DNA of 63,817 bases, filler included, from Vannella sp. (lineage: Eukaryota), in assembly GCA_023345925.1 (NCBI GenBank). It is 6 parts of 6 records of this genome, joined end to end, with 100 filler letters (N's around TTAATTAATTAA, not from the genome) between each part and the next. Parts side by side here need not be neighbours in the genome. Positions count along the whole stretch, not along the records: positions 1 to 16,967 come from JAJQQN010000892.1; 5 more parts are not named here. The stretch is one strand, 5' to 3'. Each line of letters opens with the position of its first letter. Positions within the stretch are counted from its first letter, which is position 1. Below the pieces are notes generated by a model that ran no database searches, was not told the DNA's origin, and was given only the letters and a program-made list of their open reading frames with translations. A program made the translations under genes and the position numbers. Shown here in pieces: positions 1 to 11,782 of the stretch.

Positions 1-1
1 G

Positions 2-976
2 GTTTCTTTTCAGCTACGGAAATACCTCTCAGAGGAAGTCCCTTGGAATGGCCCGCAGCCGGTTCAGGTGGACTGGGGGCTCCAACACTCTCTCGTACTT
101 GATGTGGAAGGCGGTGTGTGGGATGCTGGTCGCTCCCGCTCCTTTGTTCCCCCTTTCAACTTTCAGAAAGTTCCAGAACTACCTTGTATCACTTTGGTGG
201 CTGCTGGTGAGTCTCAAAGCGCCGCCATCGACACCGAAGGCGGCCTTTGGGTGTGGACGAGCTTGGCCCATCTCTCTTGGACTCGTTCTCTTCCTAAAAG
301 AGTGGAAGGCCTACCTCCCATCATCAAGGTGGCTTGTGGTAGGAAGTTCCTCGTGGCAGAGGCCGAAGAAGGCCTCTGGGTGTTGGGCGACAACTGGAAA
401 GGGCAACTGGGCCTCGGCCACACCAGTTGTGTACTCCAACCGACTCTTGTCCAAGTGGAAGATCGCTCTGAAGGACCTCTCCGATGCCTGGCTGCCCTCA
501 ACGAAGGAGTGATCCTCATCGACTCGGAAGGAGGCGTCTTCTCTTCTGGAGACAACTCCTCTGGCCAACTGGGGCGCTCTTCTGGGGATGTTCGAAAGCT
601 TCAGCGAATCACGAACATCCCTCCCATGCTTGCGGTCTCCTGTGGAAGCTCTCACACTCTCTCTCTGGACGAGAACGGTGGTGTCTGGACCTGGGGACAC
701 GGTGCATACGGGCAATTGGGGACGGGCAACACTTCCAATCAACACCAGCCCTCTCTCATCCCTTCGTTGAGAGAAGTCAGCGCACTGCTGGCAGGGCAGA
801 CCCATTCTTTGGCGTTCCCACAGAAAGGCGGCCTGCTGGTCTTTGGATTCAACGGCAACGGACAACTCGGACTCAACCACACGACCAATCAATGCACTCC
901 CACGCTTTGCCCGGTCCAGCCCGCTCTCCCTCATTCATTCACCCGCAGCAGAAAGAAAAGTGCCCGCTTCCTTTGA
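2..976 (+). CDS. RCC1/BLIP-II repeat beta-propeller protein, 5' truncated, no intron seen
   Basis: Frame is open from nt 2. Repeated RCC1 motifs (GDNWKGQLGLG, GDNSSGQLG, VSCGSSHTLSLDENGGVWTWG, GFNGNGQLGL). Ends RSRKKSARFL*. Paralog at 50103-51143. Confidence 0.9.
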   Translation, partial: VSFQLRKYLSEEVPWNGPQPVQVDWGLQHSLVLDVEGGVWDAGRSRSFVPPFNFQKVPELPCITLVAAGESQSAAIDTEGGLWVWTSLAHLSWTRSLPKRVEGLPPIIKVACGRKFLVAEAEEGLWVLGDNWKGQLGLGHTSCVLQPTLVQVEDRSEGPLRCLAALNEGVILIDSEGGVFSSGDNSSGQLGRSSGDVRKLQRITNIPPMLAVSCGSSHTLSLDENGGVWTWGHGAYGQLGTGNTSNQHQPSLIPSLREVSALLAGQTHSLAFPQKGGLLVFGFNGNGQLGLNHTTNQCTPTLCPVQPALPHSFTRSRKKSARFL

Positions 977-1038
977 CCCTCCCCTCTCTCACACCTTAGG
1001 CGAGGGCGTTTCCCTCCATTGTGTCCACAGAGTACCCA

Positions 1039-1521
1039 TCAAGTCCAGCTCCGTTTCAAACAAGCTGCTGAATCGGACTCTTCATTTCTTTTTGGGATTG
1101 GAAAGGAATGGGTCGAGTCGACGTTCTGCTTCTCTCGCTGAGGTTTGATTAGGGCCTCTCCTTGTGTATCGAACAAAGAACCGTTGAATAGGAGCATCTC
1201 GTCCTGGCAGAAGAAGCCATCTTCAGGGGAGAAGGAAACTGAAGAGGCGCTCAAAACTCTAGTCTTAAGACAAGCTTTGAGAGATAACCGGAGATTTACT
1301 TCACATTCCTCCAAGTCAACTCTCGTTGTTGAGCTGGTGAAGTGTAACAGCCAAAGGCTCTTTCTTCATAATCAACTCAAAAGGGTCGTTCACACGTTTG
1401 GAAGGGAATTAGGGTTCATTTCATTTTCTCTTCTTGGGGGCCATTCGAATGTTCGACTCCTTAAGTGATTCGAGAGTTCCCAGTAAACCACGTCATCAGG
1501 AATGTCACTTCGATAAGACAT
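1039..1521 (-). CDS. Possible two-exon hypothetical protein
   Basis: ATG at 1521 (MSYRSDIPDDVVYWEL...) can splice through a putative 36-nt GT..AG intron into ORF 1039-1314. No recognisable motif. Confidence 0.25.
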
Positions 1522-1598
1522 TCGTCTGGTTTTTTATGGACTTGACCCAGCGCCTCTTAGTGAGCAAATGAAGGTCATTTTTTCTTGCCTCTTTGTTA

Positions 1599-3439
1599 AT
1601 GGCGCGGCTGGACGGTCTCTTCTTCTGTATTTTGTTTCTTCTCGTTAGTGCAGTGTTGGGACAGGATGCGTGTCGCGATGAAACATGCGGTGGACCAGTG
1701 GAGGGAGGGAGAGGATTTGTTCCGCTTCTGTCTTCCAGTTGGCTGACTCCCAGTGCCATGCAGGCGCTTGTTGCAGTTTCACAGAGCAATGAAAAAGAAA
1801 GAGATCAGTTTGGCGTGTTCACTGAGCCCACCCCGATCCCTGGAACGTGCGAGATCGTGGACATCAACGAAGAACTCCTCTCTCAGTTCTTTCACGTAGA
1901 TGTGGGCTCTCTGCCACCTGCTGGTGCAGCAGAGCTTCAATACTTATCCGGTATCTCTATACCAGAAGGAGCAGCCTCATTCTCACACCGCTATGGAGGC
2001 TACCAGTTTGGCTCGTGGTCAGGACAGCTTGGAGATGGTCGAGTAGTGTCTTGGGGAATGCAAGAGGCACACAAAGAGTCTCCTCTACGTTCTTTATCCG
2101 CCAATGGTCATTGGGACTGGCAACTGAAAGGATCCGGGAAAACTCCCTTCTCTCGAGATGGCGATGGGCGTGCTGTAAGTCCCAACTCCATCTCCAGTCC
2201 GTTCTGATAGAAACAGGTACTTCGTTCCAGTATTAGAGAGTACTTGGGAAGCTGGGCAGCCCACCACTTGGGCATTCCCACAAGTTTGTGTGTAGGACTT
2301 GTCAGATCTCGAGCTGCTACAGTTACTAGAGATCCTCTTTATGATGGTAAGTTCTGTCATGGCGCTGCTACATTGGCCTAAATAATCTGACAACCCCAGG
2401 GAACATAACGACCGAATATCCCGCAGTCACCTTGCGAATGTCACCTTCTTGGCTGCGTTTCGGAAGCTTTGAACTGCACCAGAAGCAGAAAAATACTCGC
2501 TACGTCCATCAGCTCATGAGCTATGCTGTCCGCTGGTATTTCCCAGAGCTTTTGAAACCCTCAGAGTTGAAAGTTGCTGAAGATTTACAGTTATTCATGA
2601 GAAAGTCCGCAAGGACCAAAGAAATTGGGCGTCTCTTTCTTATGCAAGTTGTAGAACGCACAGCCAAGATGATTGCTTCTTGGAACGCCGCCGGGTTTGT
2701 CCATGGAGTGTTGAATACTGATAATATGTCGATCCTGGGGCTTACCATTGACTATGGCCCATTTGCTTTCATTGACACCTATCGCGCTGACCATCTCAGT
2801 AATCTCTCAGATGACGAAAAGCGTTATTCTCTCGACATGCAGAGGGACTTGGGACAATGGAATTTGAAGCAATTTTCGGACTCTATGCTATCCATTTTAG
2901 ACATCAGCACCCAGATTGTTTGTCTAGCAGAGTACTTTGACATTTTCAAGAATCATCAACAGATGCTCATGAATGCCCGACTTGGTTTTGAAGGAGAACC
3001 TTCTGCTGTGGATGAAACTTTGACTGTGGCCCTCTTGGAGATCATGGAAATGGCCAAACTCGACTACAATCACTTCTTCCGAGTCCTTTCTTCTCATTTG
3101 TCGGATTCACTCAAACCTCCTGCAAGCATAGAGCGACACTTCAAAGGAGACAAGGATTCTCTGGACCTTTTCTCCTCGTGGTGGCAGTTCCTGGCGAAGA
3201 GGCGAGAGATGACAGGACTTACCGTTGCAAGGCAGCGAAGGGCCATGAAGAAAAACAACCCCATACAAAAGGCAATTGAAGATGCGGAAGCAGGTGACTT
3301 TGGTACGATCCGCACTCTTCGGCGGATCTTGGCCAATCCGTTCAGTAAGGATCCTCTTTTGTCCCCTCAAGAGCAGCTGTTCTATTCTTCTCCTCCTCCC
3401 GAGAACCATGTTCCAGTTCCCATTTCTTGCTCTTCGTAA
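1599..3439 (+). CDS. SELENOO: Selenoprotein O family protein adenylyltransferase (pseudokinase AMPylase), Cys form, 3 exons
   Basis: Motifs YGGYQFGSWSGQLGDGR, QLKGSGKTPFSRDGDGRA|VLRSSIRE, SWLRFGSFE, GFVHGVLNTDNMSILGLTIDYGPF and C-terminal ISCSS*. Introns 2175-2216 and 2348-2399 restore the frame. Confidence 0.93.
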
Positions 3440-3500
3440 ACAGCAGTCACTTCCTTTGCCAGTCCAATGTTAATGTTGGGAATGTCCGTTCGTTTATGAG

Positions 3501-6500
3501 TTAGTTGAGCTGGTCTGCGGCCGTTAAACTATGCTGGGTTGTCACTGGCGCGGCAGCTAATGAATACGTTAGAAACCTTCTCAAAGATGGGGCGAGTCTT
3601 ACCTTCTTCAGGAACTCCTGCTTGCGGTTCTGTTGGGAGAATTAGGTGTGGATAGGAAAAGAGAAGGGGGAATACTAACGATCGCTCGAATCCACCAATT
3701 GTTCAGGCTGGTCAGGGGTCATGTCTTTAAGCATGACAATGCCAAAAAGATCCGCTTTGTTGTGCCTGATGGGGCGATAGCGCTCATCCACATCACAAGC
3801 CAAATACTTGAGCTGCCCGAGAGTCACTCGGCTTGGGTTCTGCTTCAGTTCGCTCTTGGGCTCCTCTTTCTTCTTCTTCGGCTCTTCTTTCTTCTCCTCT
3901 TCTTCCTTTTTCTCTTCTGGTTCATCTACTTGCATAGCATCAGAGCTTTGGGAAGCGCGGAGCTTCACTTCCTTCAGTTGGGCTTTGGCCTGAGCCTTCT
4001 TGGTTGTAGAGAGAACTGCTGTTGCCACCTTTGCGACGGCAGTCGAAGCAGATGCCTTTGTTTTGGGAGGATAAGCAAAGGTGGAAGGGCGGCAGTTGCT
4101 AGCGAACGTGAATTTGGGCATCTTCAGATCCTTATTCAGACCAATGATGGCTGTGGGGGTGAAGGCCAAACTCATAAAGTGAATATACGGGTGCCAGTAC
4201 CAGTATTGAGCAAAGACTGCTAATCCGACAGTACTCAGGAGATTCTGGTGTCCAGAAAGAGAGTGAACGGAGATGGTACAATTGCGGCCACCCGCATCGA
4301 TGATGCCTTGTCCCAGGATGGCTCCGAACTTGGACATGGCTGGCTCCGGCTTGGCGCTAATCTTCTCTTCAAAGAGCTTGCGGACTCGCTCCACTCGTGG
4401 CTCTTGCACTCGGGTTGTCTGTACCAGCACCATGGAGAGAGCAATAAGGGCACCCTGGCAAACAAAGTCCACGGAATCAGTGGTCATTGGGAGCAACAGG
4501 TCGATAGCTTCGGGCAGAGCAGTTCCAGCACAAGCAATACTGACAGCAAGAGTAGCACCGTATCGGACGTGAGGATTGTAACTCTCCGCCAGCAGGGAGA
4601 CCATCTTAGGGCATTGTTCAGGCTGCCCAGAAAGAAGGAATCCAATGCAAGTGACAGCGGCACGGCGAACGTCATCAGATACATCAGAGACTGCAACGTG
4701 AAGTAAACGGCGAAGAGCGTTGTTGTTTGCTGTTCCACAATAGGCCATTGCAATGGTGTACATTCCACCATAGCGCATGATGGGATCTGCATCTGAAAGG
4801 AGTTGGTCGATTAGAGCATCAGCTTGGGCCTCCAGCCCGTACATGACCATGGCAATACCCATGGAGAGACCCCTGATGATCCTTTCGTGTTGAGTCTCGT
4901 GTGCATAGGCCAACATTTCAGAGATGGCGGTGTCGTTTGCCGAGCCCAGCATGACAAGTCCCATGGCAAGACCGGCAGCCTCAGCAGCGGTAGCGTCATC
5001 TTGGAATAGAATGCCCTTCAAGTCATCATAGACGCCAGAGTCACCAGTGGCCATCCCAGCCACTCCCAAACCCAAGCAAGCTCCATGTTGGACAGTGGTG
5101 TTGCCCTGTGCATTGCCAAGGGCATCACGAAGGTACTGTAAGACAGGCTTGCCGTGGTTCGCATGAATGATGCCAAGACCATACAGTGCACCACCCTCCG
5201 AGAAGGGACTGGATGTCGAACCAGATCCAGGTAAGTAATCCGCCAAGAGCGCCATTCCCTGCTTCAAGTGGCCTCGGCAAATGACTCCAAGACCAGCAGT
5301 AGCACTGAACTTGGCCCAGTTGGTGGCACGGGACAGCCATTCGAGGTTGTCGCGCAGGAAGTTGTCGCGCGTGGTACCAGCATTCATCAGCGAGTTAGCA
5401 AACAGCACAGCAGAGTGAGTGACACTGTGACGAGGGTCCAAGACAGTCTTTGTGGCCTTGAGGATGGCCAGATCAGCGTTGTTGTTTCGGTGAAGGAACT
5501 CGAGGTAGAGATTGATAGAGACCGCGCCTGAGAGGATCTGCTTCACCTGCTCATTACGAGAGTCGAAAGAGTCTCCTTCTGCACTCTCAGGGTTCTCCTT
5601 CTTGGAGGAAGCTGGCAGCTGAGTTTGAAGCTGGCTAAGGAAGTGCTGAGTCCCGTTTGTGTACAGATCGAAGGCGATTTGATAGGCCAGAAGGTGGCTA
5701 TCTCCATCTTCAGCAGAGAGAAGTTTGACGAGGATCTGGGCTGTCTCCGTTGCCGCGTCCAGGAACACCAGAATGCGGCACACAGCGAGGAAGTCTGGCT
5801 TCTCTAGGCTCTGGTACAGCTCGACGATTAATGCGAATACCTACGAACAACAGGAGATCAGTATCAGCCTCCCAATAGGCAAGCAAGAGACGTACCGTGT
5901 GACGGAAGCTGCGGTGAGTGATTAGTGTCTGGCAAACCTCCGTGCAGTACTCCAGCATGGCCTCCACATCACCAGAGATCATAATAGCATCCTTCACCTT
6001 ATCAATGCGACGAGACTCCAAAGCTACAGTCCATCAGGGTCAGGGAAGTCCAACTGATCGAGGCGCAGCCTCACCGATGCCCAGAGCCTCCTTAAAGCCC
6101 TTTTCGCCAAAGCAACGATCGAACATGAGTTCAATGATGTCTGCAAGCCGTGAGTCGATGATAGCGTCTTCGCCGTCGTCTACTTGAGCGACGCGGAGGC
6201 GGATGTACTCTCCAAAGCATTTGGCTGAGCCAGAGAGTCAGTGAAGGACCCTTACACAAGGTATAAGAGTGGTGGCTACTTACCAATCATGGTATCCACG
6301 TACTCGTTGCGCGCTTGAATCTCGAACAAGTCTCCTGCTCCCAAAGCAAAGTTCATCGCATCAGTGAACTCTCCCAGCTGGTAGTAGACCTTGAGAGAGT
6401 CAGCTGGTATCTATAGGAAGAAGAGGGAAAGAAGGAGTACCTTGGAGGCGACTAAAGAGGCGAGGGTGCGGTAAGGGAACGATTCGTCTTCACAAAGAAC

Positions 6501-6704
6501 CTCACTACGCCAATATCAGATCGTCTGGCCTGAGAAGACTCGGAGCAGCCTTTGGGTGACTCACATCTTATCAATCGAGTGGGCGATCTCCGCCCAGAAC
6601 TCTGGAACGATCTCGTTCAACCTCTGCAAAGCATACTGATGTAACTCCGCTTCATCCTCATCTAACAATGAAAGGAAACCTCCAGCAGTGTTGATACCAG
6701 CCAT
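3501..6704 (-). CDS. PSMD1: 26S proteasome regulatory subunit RPN2/PSMD1, multi-exon
   Basis: N-terminus MAGINTAGGFLSLLDEDE...FWAEIA. Core motifs FLRDNLEWLSRATNWAKFSATAGLG, LLHVAVSDVSDDVRRAAV, GIIDAGGRN. Short introns at both ends; inferred stop TAA at 3501-3503. Confidence 0.95.
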
Positions 6705-6852
6705 CTCTGCGCCGCCCTTCCCTCGAGAGGAAGAAAAAGTGGACTTCCCCTCTTCTCTTCCTTCCGCTATTGATTGAAAAGACCTTCCCCGATGGTGAAG
6801 GAGACTGTCTTGAAGTAAGAGGTCATCAGGAAGGCTCAGTTTCTGCAGGGAG

Positions 6853-8392
6853 ATGGCGAAAGGCCACGCCCTGCAAATGGGGCTTCTCTTCGTCGTTCTC
6901 CTCCCCTTTCTAGTGGAAGGCTACGCGGGTGAAGGTGTGTTCATTCTAAGGGATGAGGATTGGCTTGGTATGGTGAAGTTTGGCTTCTACGACGGCGGTT
7001 CTGTCGATCTTAGCGTCTCCTTGGAGGATAAGACTTATCGCGCCTTCCTGGTCGTCTGTCCTGAAGAAGCTTGGTTGCAGGTCTGTTTGTCATGATCATA
7101 AGGACTTATGGCGTGCTTATGAAGCGCTTAAAGGGCCGGCTGGGCGTTCCCACGTGCATGAATGGAACGGCCCCAATAACGGAGGGTTGCCGGCAAGAGG
7201 AGCTCTCCTTCGGGTTCATTAACATCCAAGAGACAGTCAACATCACAAAGTGGTCAGAGATGATCTATTTCACTCTCCTCAGCTGTGAGGAAACCTCCAC
7301 AACCGCCTCGGTAAGTCAATGGACACTCTTTTGGGGTCTGACTAGTTCATGATGGACATCAGATATCCTACATATTGATGAATCCAGGAAACGCACTCAG
7401 TAGTCAATACGCGCCTCTATCGAAGGTGCATTTCTCGTTTATTTTGGTTTGGATAGTTTCAGCCTTTCTGTGGTATTCCAACTTGATATGGCGTTGCAAG
7501 CAGTTTACTAAGCTGCGGGGAGCTATATCGTTGATCCCTTTTGCCATGCTCTTGTGGGAGTTGGGAGCTTTCTCGTTCTACTATGGGTCTTCGTACTTGT
7601 GGTCGGAGCCTCCTGATGCAAAGTTATTGGGCTTGCTTCGCACACTCAGCGTATGTGTGTTCTGTGGAGTGTTGCTTTTGATGTCACGGGGATGGGGAAT
7701 CTGTGTGGCACTTCATTCCTCGAAAAGAGATATTCCGAACACTGCCGCAGTCCTGCTTTTCTTTGGTATTGGATGGTCTATTGGGCAATGGCTTGAGCTT
7801 GTTATGCTTCTATCGAATAGCTTTATGGCCTACTTTGTTCTATTGTTCACAAGGGACATCCTCTTGAGGCTGGAAACAATGCAAGATGACCCAGATGGCG
7901 AGTTTGACGAAACTCTGTCAGGGACCTTCAATGTGGAACAGCAGAAGTTGATTATGAATCGATTCAACGTGCTGATGAACCTTTACTTTGCTCTCTGGGT
8001 GATTGTAAGTCTGACTTCACCAACTCGACATTCTAACTGGATGGAAGGTCCAAGTGACAGGGAAGCTGATCTTCTACAACTTGAACTGGATAACGGACTT
8101 GTCCTTTGGGATTCTCCGCATCTTTGTATTCCTTGTGATTGCGTGAGTCTAACAGGAACTTGATTCTGTGAGATTGATTTCGGGTAGTTGGACTTGTCGG
8201 TTGCGCCGCGAGACCCCTGAAGAAGAAGACGACGATGATTCGCAGTACCAGAATCAAGGTGTATCAACGCCCTTGATTTCTGGTCGAAGCCGGTTCCCAA
8301 GTGGCGCTTTGGTCAACACGGAGATGACTCATCTCTCATCAAGCTATCAACGAGTGCCCTTTGCCATCCCTACAGAAGGGCTCATCAACTGA
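6853..8392 (+). CDS. GOST/LUSTR (GPR107/GPR108/TMEM87-like) seven-TM protein, multi-exon
   Basis: Signal peptide, lumenal FGFYDGGSVDLSV motif, then MNPGNALS followed by multiple TM helices and an acidic C-terminal tail. Confidence 0.6.
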
Positions 8393-8484
8393 CAGATATG
8401 GAACGCCTCCTTTGCAGAATACACCCATTCAGTTCAACTCCAATCCCCATTTCTCCCTTCAGAGCTCTCCTCACGCCATTTCTC

Positions 8485-9755
8485 ATGAGCGCGTCGCCTT
8501 TGAAGGAGGAAGGAACGGTGTTCATGGACTACATGGCCACCACGCCTGTGGACCCGCAGGTGGCGGATGAGATGATTCGTTACTTGCGTGAGGACTTTGG
8601 CAACCCGTCCTCTTTGCATCACTTCGGGACGGTTCCGCGCGCGGCTATTGCGCGGGCGAGACAGCAAGTTGGTGATTTGATTGGTGCTCCGGCCTCGGAC
8701 ATCATCTTTACGAGTGGAGGAAGTGAGTCGAATGCTTTGGCGTTAGTAGGTGGCTTGAAGACGCTGAAGGAGACGGCACCTGAGCGGGACCACATCGTGA
8801 CGTGTTCCGTGGAGCACTATGCTGTGTTGAAGACTCTACGCGCTCTGGATATGTCTTTCTACCGTCTTACAGTCTTAGAAGTTGATCATGTAAGACTCAG
8901 CAGGCCCCAGAGATAGACACTGACAGAGATATAGACTGGTTTGGTGACTGCCGAGGCTGTTCGAGCTGCTATTGAGCCAGGGAAGACCGCTCTAGTGAGC
9001 ATCATGATAGCCAATAACGAAGTGGGTACCATACAACCTATCAAAGAGATCGGATCCATCTGCAAAGAGTTTGGAGTGATCTTCCACTCCGATGGAGCTC
9101 AAGCGGTGGGCAAGATTCCACTGAATGTCGATGATCTCCACTTGGACATGCTTTCTATTGCTGGCCACAAGTTCTATGGACCTAAAGGAGTGGGCGCTCT
9201 GTATTGCAGGGCTGGATTCCGCCCCCAATCCATCATTTTAGGTGCCGCTCAAGAAGCGGGACTCCGCAGTGGGACAGAGAATGTCGGTGGAATCGTTGGA
9301 CTGGGCGTTGCAGCAGAGCTTTCTGCAAAGGACTTTGCAGAGAACCATCATTTGGAGATTGGGAAGATGAGGGACGACTTCCAACAGCGTTTGTTGAACG
9401 CATTCCCCAACGCTCGTGTGAATGGACATCCCACAGAGCGTATTCCTCTGATTCTATCGATTGGCTTCCCAGGTGTTGTTGGGCATGACTTAATGAAGCG
9501 GATGGGACCTGAAGTAGCCTTCTCTGCTGGTCCTGCTTGCAACAAAACCGGTTCGGCTAGCTCCACCCTCACCGCGATGAAAGTGGATCCCGTTCTCTCC
9601 CGTGGTACGATCCGTCTCTCCTTCGGGCGGTACGTCACCCCTTCCTCTGTCTCACTAATAGACTAATCGTACCCAGTTTCACCACACGCCAACAGCTTGA
9701 TCGCGCTTTCGACTTACTGAGCCAAGGGATTAAGGAGCTTCTGGAGAGCCAGTGA
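8485..9755 (+). CDS. PLP-dependent cysteine desulfurase (NifS/IscS group I, class V aminotransferase), 3 exons
   Basis: DYMATTP, GNPSSLH, FTSGGSESN, ANNEVGTIQP, HSDGAQAVGK, GHKFYGPKG (PLP lysine), RSGTEN, SAGPAC (catalytic Cys), IRLSFGR. Introns near 8890-8934 and 9630-9676. Confidence 0.92.
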
Positions 9756-9808
9756 GTAGTGTGGTTGCTCTAGACTTGGTAGAAATGATAAAAGCGGTCA
9801 TTTGAAGG

Positions 9809-11717
9809 ATGTGCGGCCTCGAGCTGGTGCTGTGGGCGGCGGCCACTCCCTTTGTTCAGTGGCAGGAAGCGAGTGGGATGGATCAGATGCTGTGTAGGAG
9901 GGGCCCTGATTCTCAGAGTACATCTCGCTTTGTTGTGGGGGCGCAGGAAGGCTTCATCTCTTCGTCTGTGCTTCATTTGAGGGGGAAGGAGGTTACTCCT
10001 CAGCCATTGTGTGCTGTTCCTATGGTTGCTAGCGATGGTGTTCCTTTCGTTGATGGAGACTTCCTGTCATGGAATGGAGAGATCTTCAGTGGGTCGGTCC
10101 AAGTAGAGGAACATGAGAACGATGGAGTGGCACTATTCCTCGCCCTCCAACAGCGCGGAGATCGCTCAATCCCTGATGTCCTCTCTTCTATACACGGACC
10201 TTTTGCATTCTGCTACTGGGAGGTGAGTTTCCCTCTCGTTAAGGCTCCGTAGGCGCTCATATTCGATCAGTCGCAAAGTCACACTCTTTGGTTTGGCCGT
10301 GATCCTTTGGGTCGTCGCTCTCTCCTTCTGCATCGTAGATCAGCCGATGCTTTGGATGGCGGAGAACCAGATCTGATCCTCACATCATCCAGTACCGCTG
10401 TGTTGCAGCAAAGATATGGAACGGACCAATGGGCCGAAGTGCCTTGCGAGTATCTCAACTCAGTCCAGCTCCCTTTGGCAGATTTAAGTCAAGAGGATCA
10501 ATCTATTGAGTTGAATGGCGATGCAGAGGACATCAACGAGCGAGTATGGAAGCGAATGGGGGAGGGAATGCAACAACATGAGTGGAAGATGAGTTCTTCC
10601 TGCACGCTTCCCCCTCGAGAATGGACCGTTGCTTCAAACGGAGACTCAAAAGAGTTCACTCTGAAAGTCCCAGCCATGTTCCTACCCTACGGAACCAGGA
10701 ATGAGAGTTTAATAACCGAACCTGAAGCCCACTTGGAGGAGCAATTCCAGGCCGCCAAAGATCTCTTTCTATCTCACTTAGATGAATCTGTTCGCCGCCG
10801 TGTCACTGGAATCCCTCCCTCTTCTGAAGGGGCAAGAGTGGCAGTAATGTATTCCGGTGGAATCGATTCCACTCTTTTGGCTGCCTTAGCCACCCGCCAT
10901 GTGCCTTCAGGGGAGCCAATTGAGTATGTCAAACAGTCAATCTATGCTTCTATTAACTCAATACGGTAGCCTCCTCAATGTAGCCTTTGGAAAATGGCCT
11001 TTCAATGTTCCTGACCGGAAAACGGGAAGACAAGGTCTTGAAGAGCTCCGTTTGTTAGACCCTAAGAGAGTGTGGAACTTTGTCGAAATCAATGTTTCTA
11101 AAGAGGAGTTGGAGGAACAGCAAGAGGACCTTATATCCCACGCTTTCCCGAGAACCACTGTGATGGATATGACTATCGGCCCTGCTCTTTACTTTGGTGC
11201 CCGAGGGAAAGGAGTCATGCTCATGGAAGGAATGGATCCGAGTCATTTGGAATCGTATGTTCCCTTCCAGTCCAAGTGCCGCGTTTTGTTGCTCGGTAAC
11301 GGAGCTGATGAGCAACTGGGCGGATACGGCAGACATAGAACTGCACACAAGCACAGATGCGCGTCTGGATTACAGTTGGAGTTGAACAAAGACACATCCC
11401 GCTTGTGGATTCGCAACTTTGGAAGAGACGACCGAATCATCAGCTCCCTTTCCAAAGAGTCCCGTTATCCCTTTCTGGATCGGGATTTTATGCAATTCCT
11501 TAACGAGACACCTCTGGGATTGATCTGTGACTTCCGCCTCCCCCCTGGAAGTGGAGATAAGAGGATTTTGAGGGAAGCTGCCAAATGCGTTGGGCTTCGA
11601 GAGTCCTGCTGTTTCCCCAAAAGAGCTATCCAGTTCGGAAGCCGTATTTCTCATCTGACTGAGCGCAAGAAGGGTGGCCACATTCACTTTCAGGGCTTCG
11701 TTGGAGACAAATCATAA
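9809..11717 (+). CDS. ASNSD1: Asparagine synthetase domain-containing protein 1
   Basis: MCG N-terminus, RRGPD, SVLHLRG, WNGEIF, GRDPLGRRSLL, YSGGIDS, LLNVAF..PDRKTG, GNGADEQLGGYGRH, RNFGRDDR, KRAIQFGSR. Confidence 0.92.
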
Positions 11718-11782
11718 ACAAAGAATGTCACTTTTAGAGCTCCCGAAGTAGTTCTGTTCCGGGTATTCCGAAGCCTAATGCA

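Noticed and set aside
2..976. Diversity-generating retroelement acting on the RCC1 genes
   Set aside because: Differences between the paralogs are not confined to adenines, and no reverse transcriptase or template repeat is visible in the window.
3420..3500. Selenocysteine/SECIS in SelO
   Set aside because: The C-terminal redox codon is TGC (Cys) and the stop is TAA. There is no in-frame TGA, and only about 60 bp separate it from the convergent gene.
1599..9755. A selenium/sulfur gene cluster (SelO plus desulfurase)
   Set aside because: The two genes are separated by unrelated housekeeping genes and SelO is the Cys form. Proximity is probably chance.
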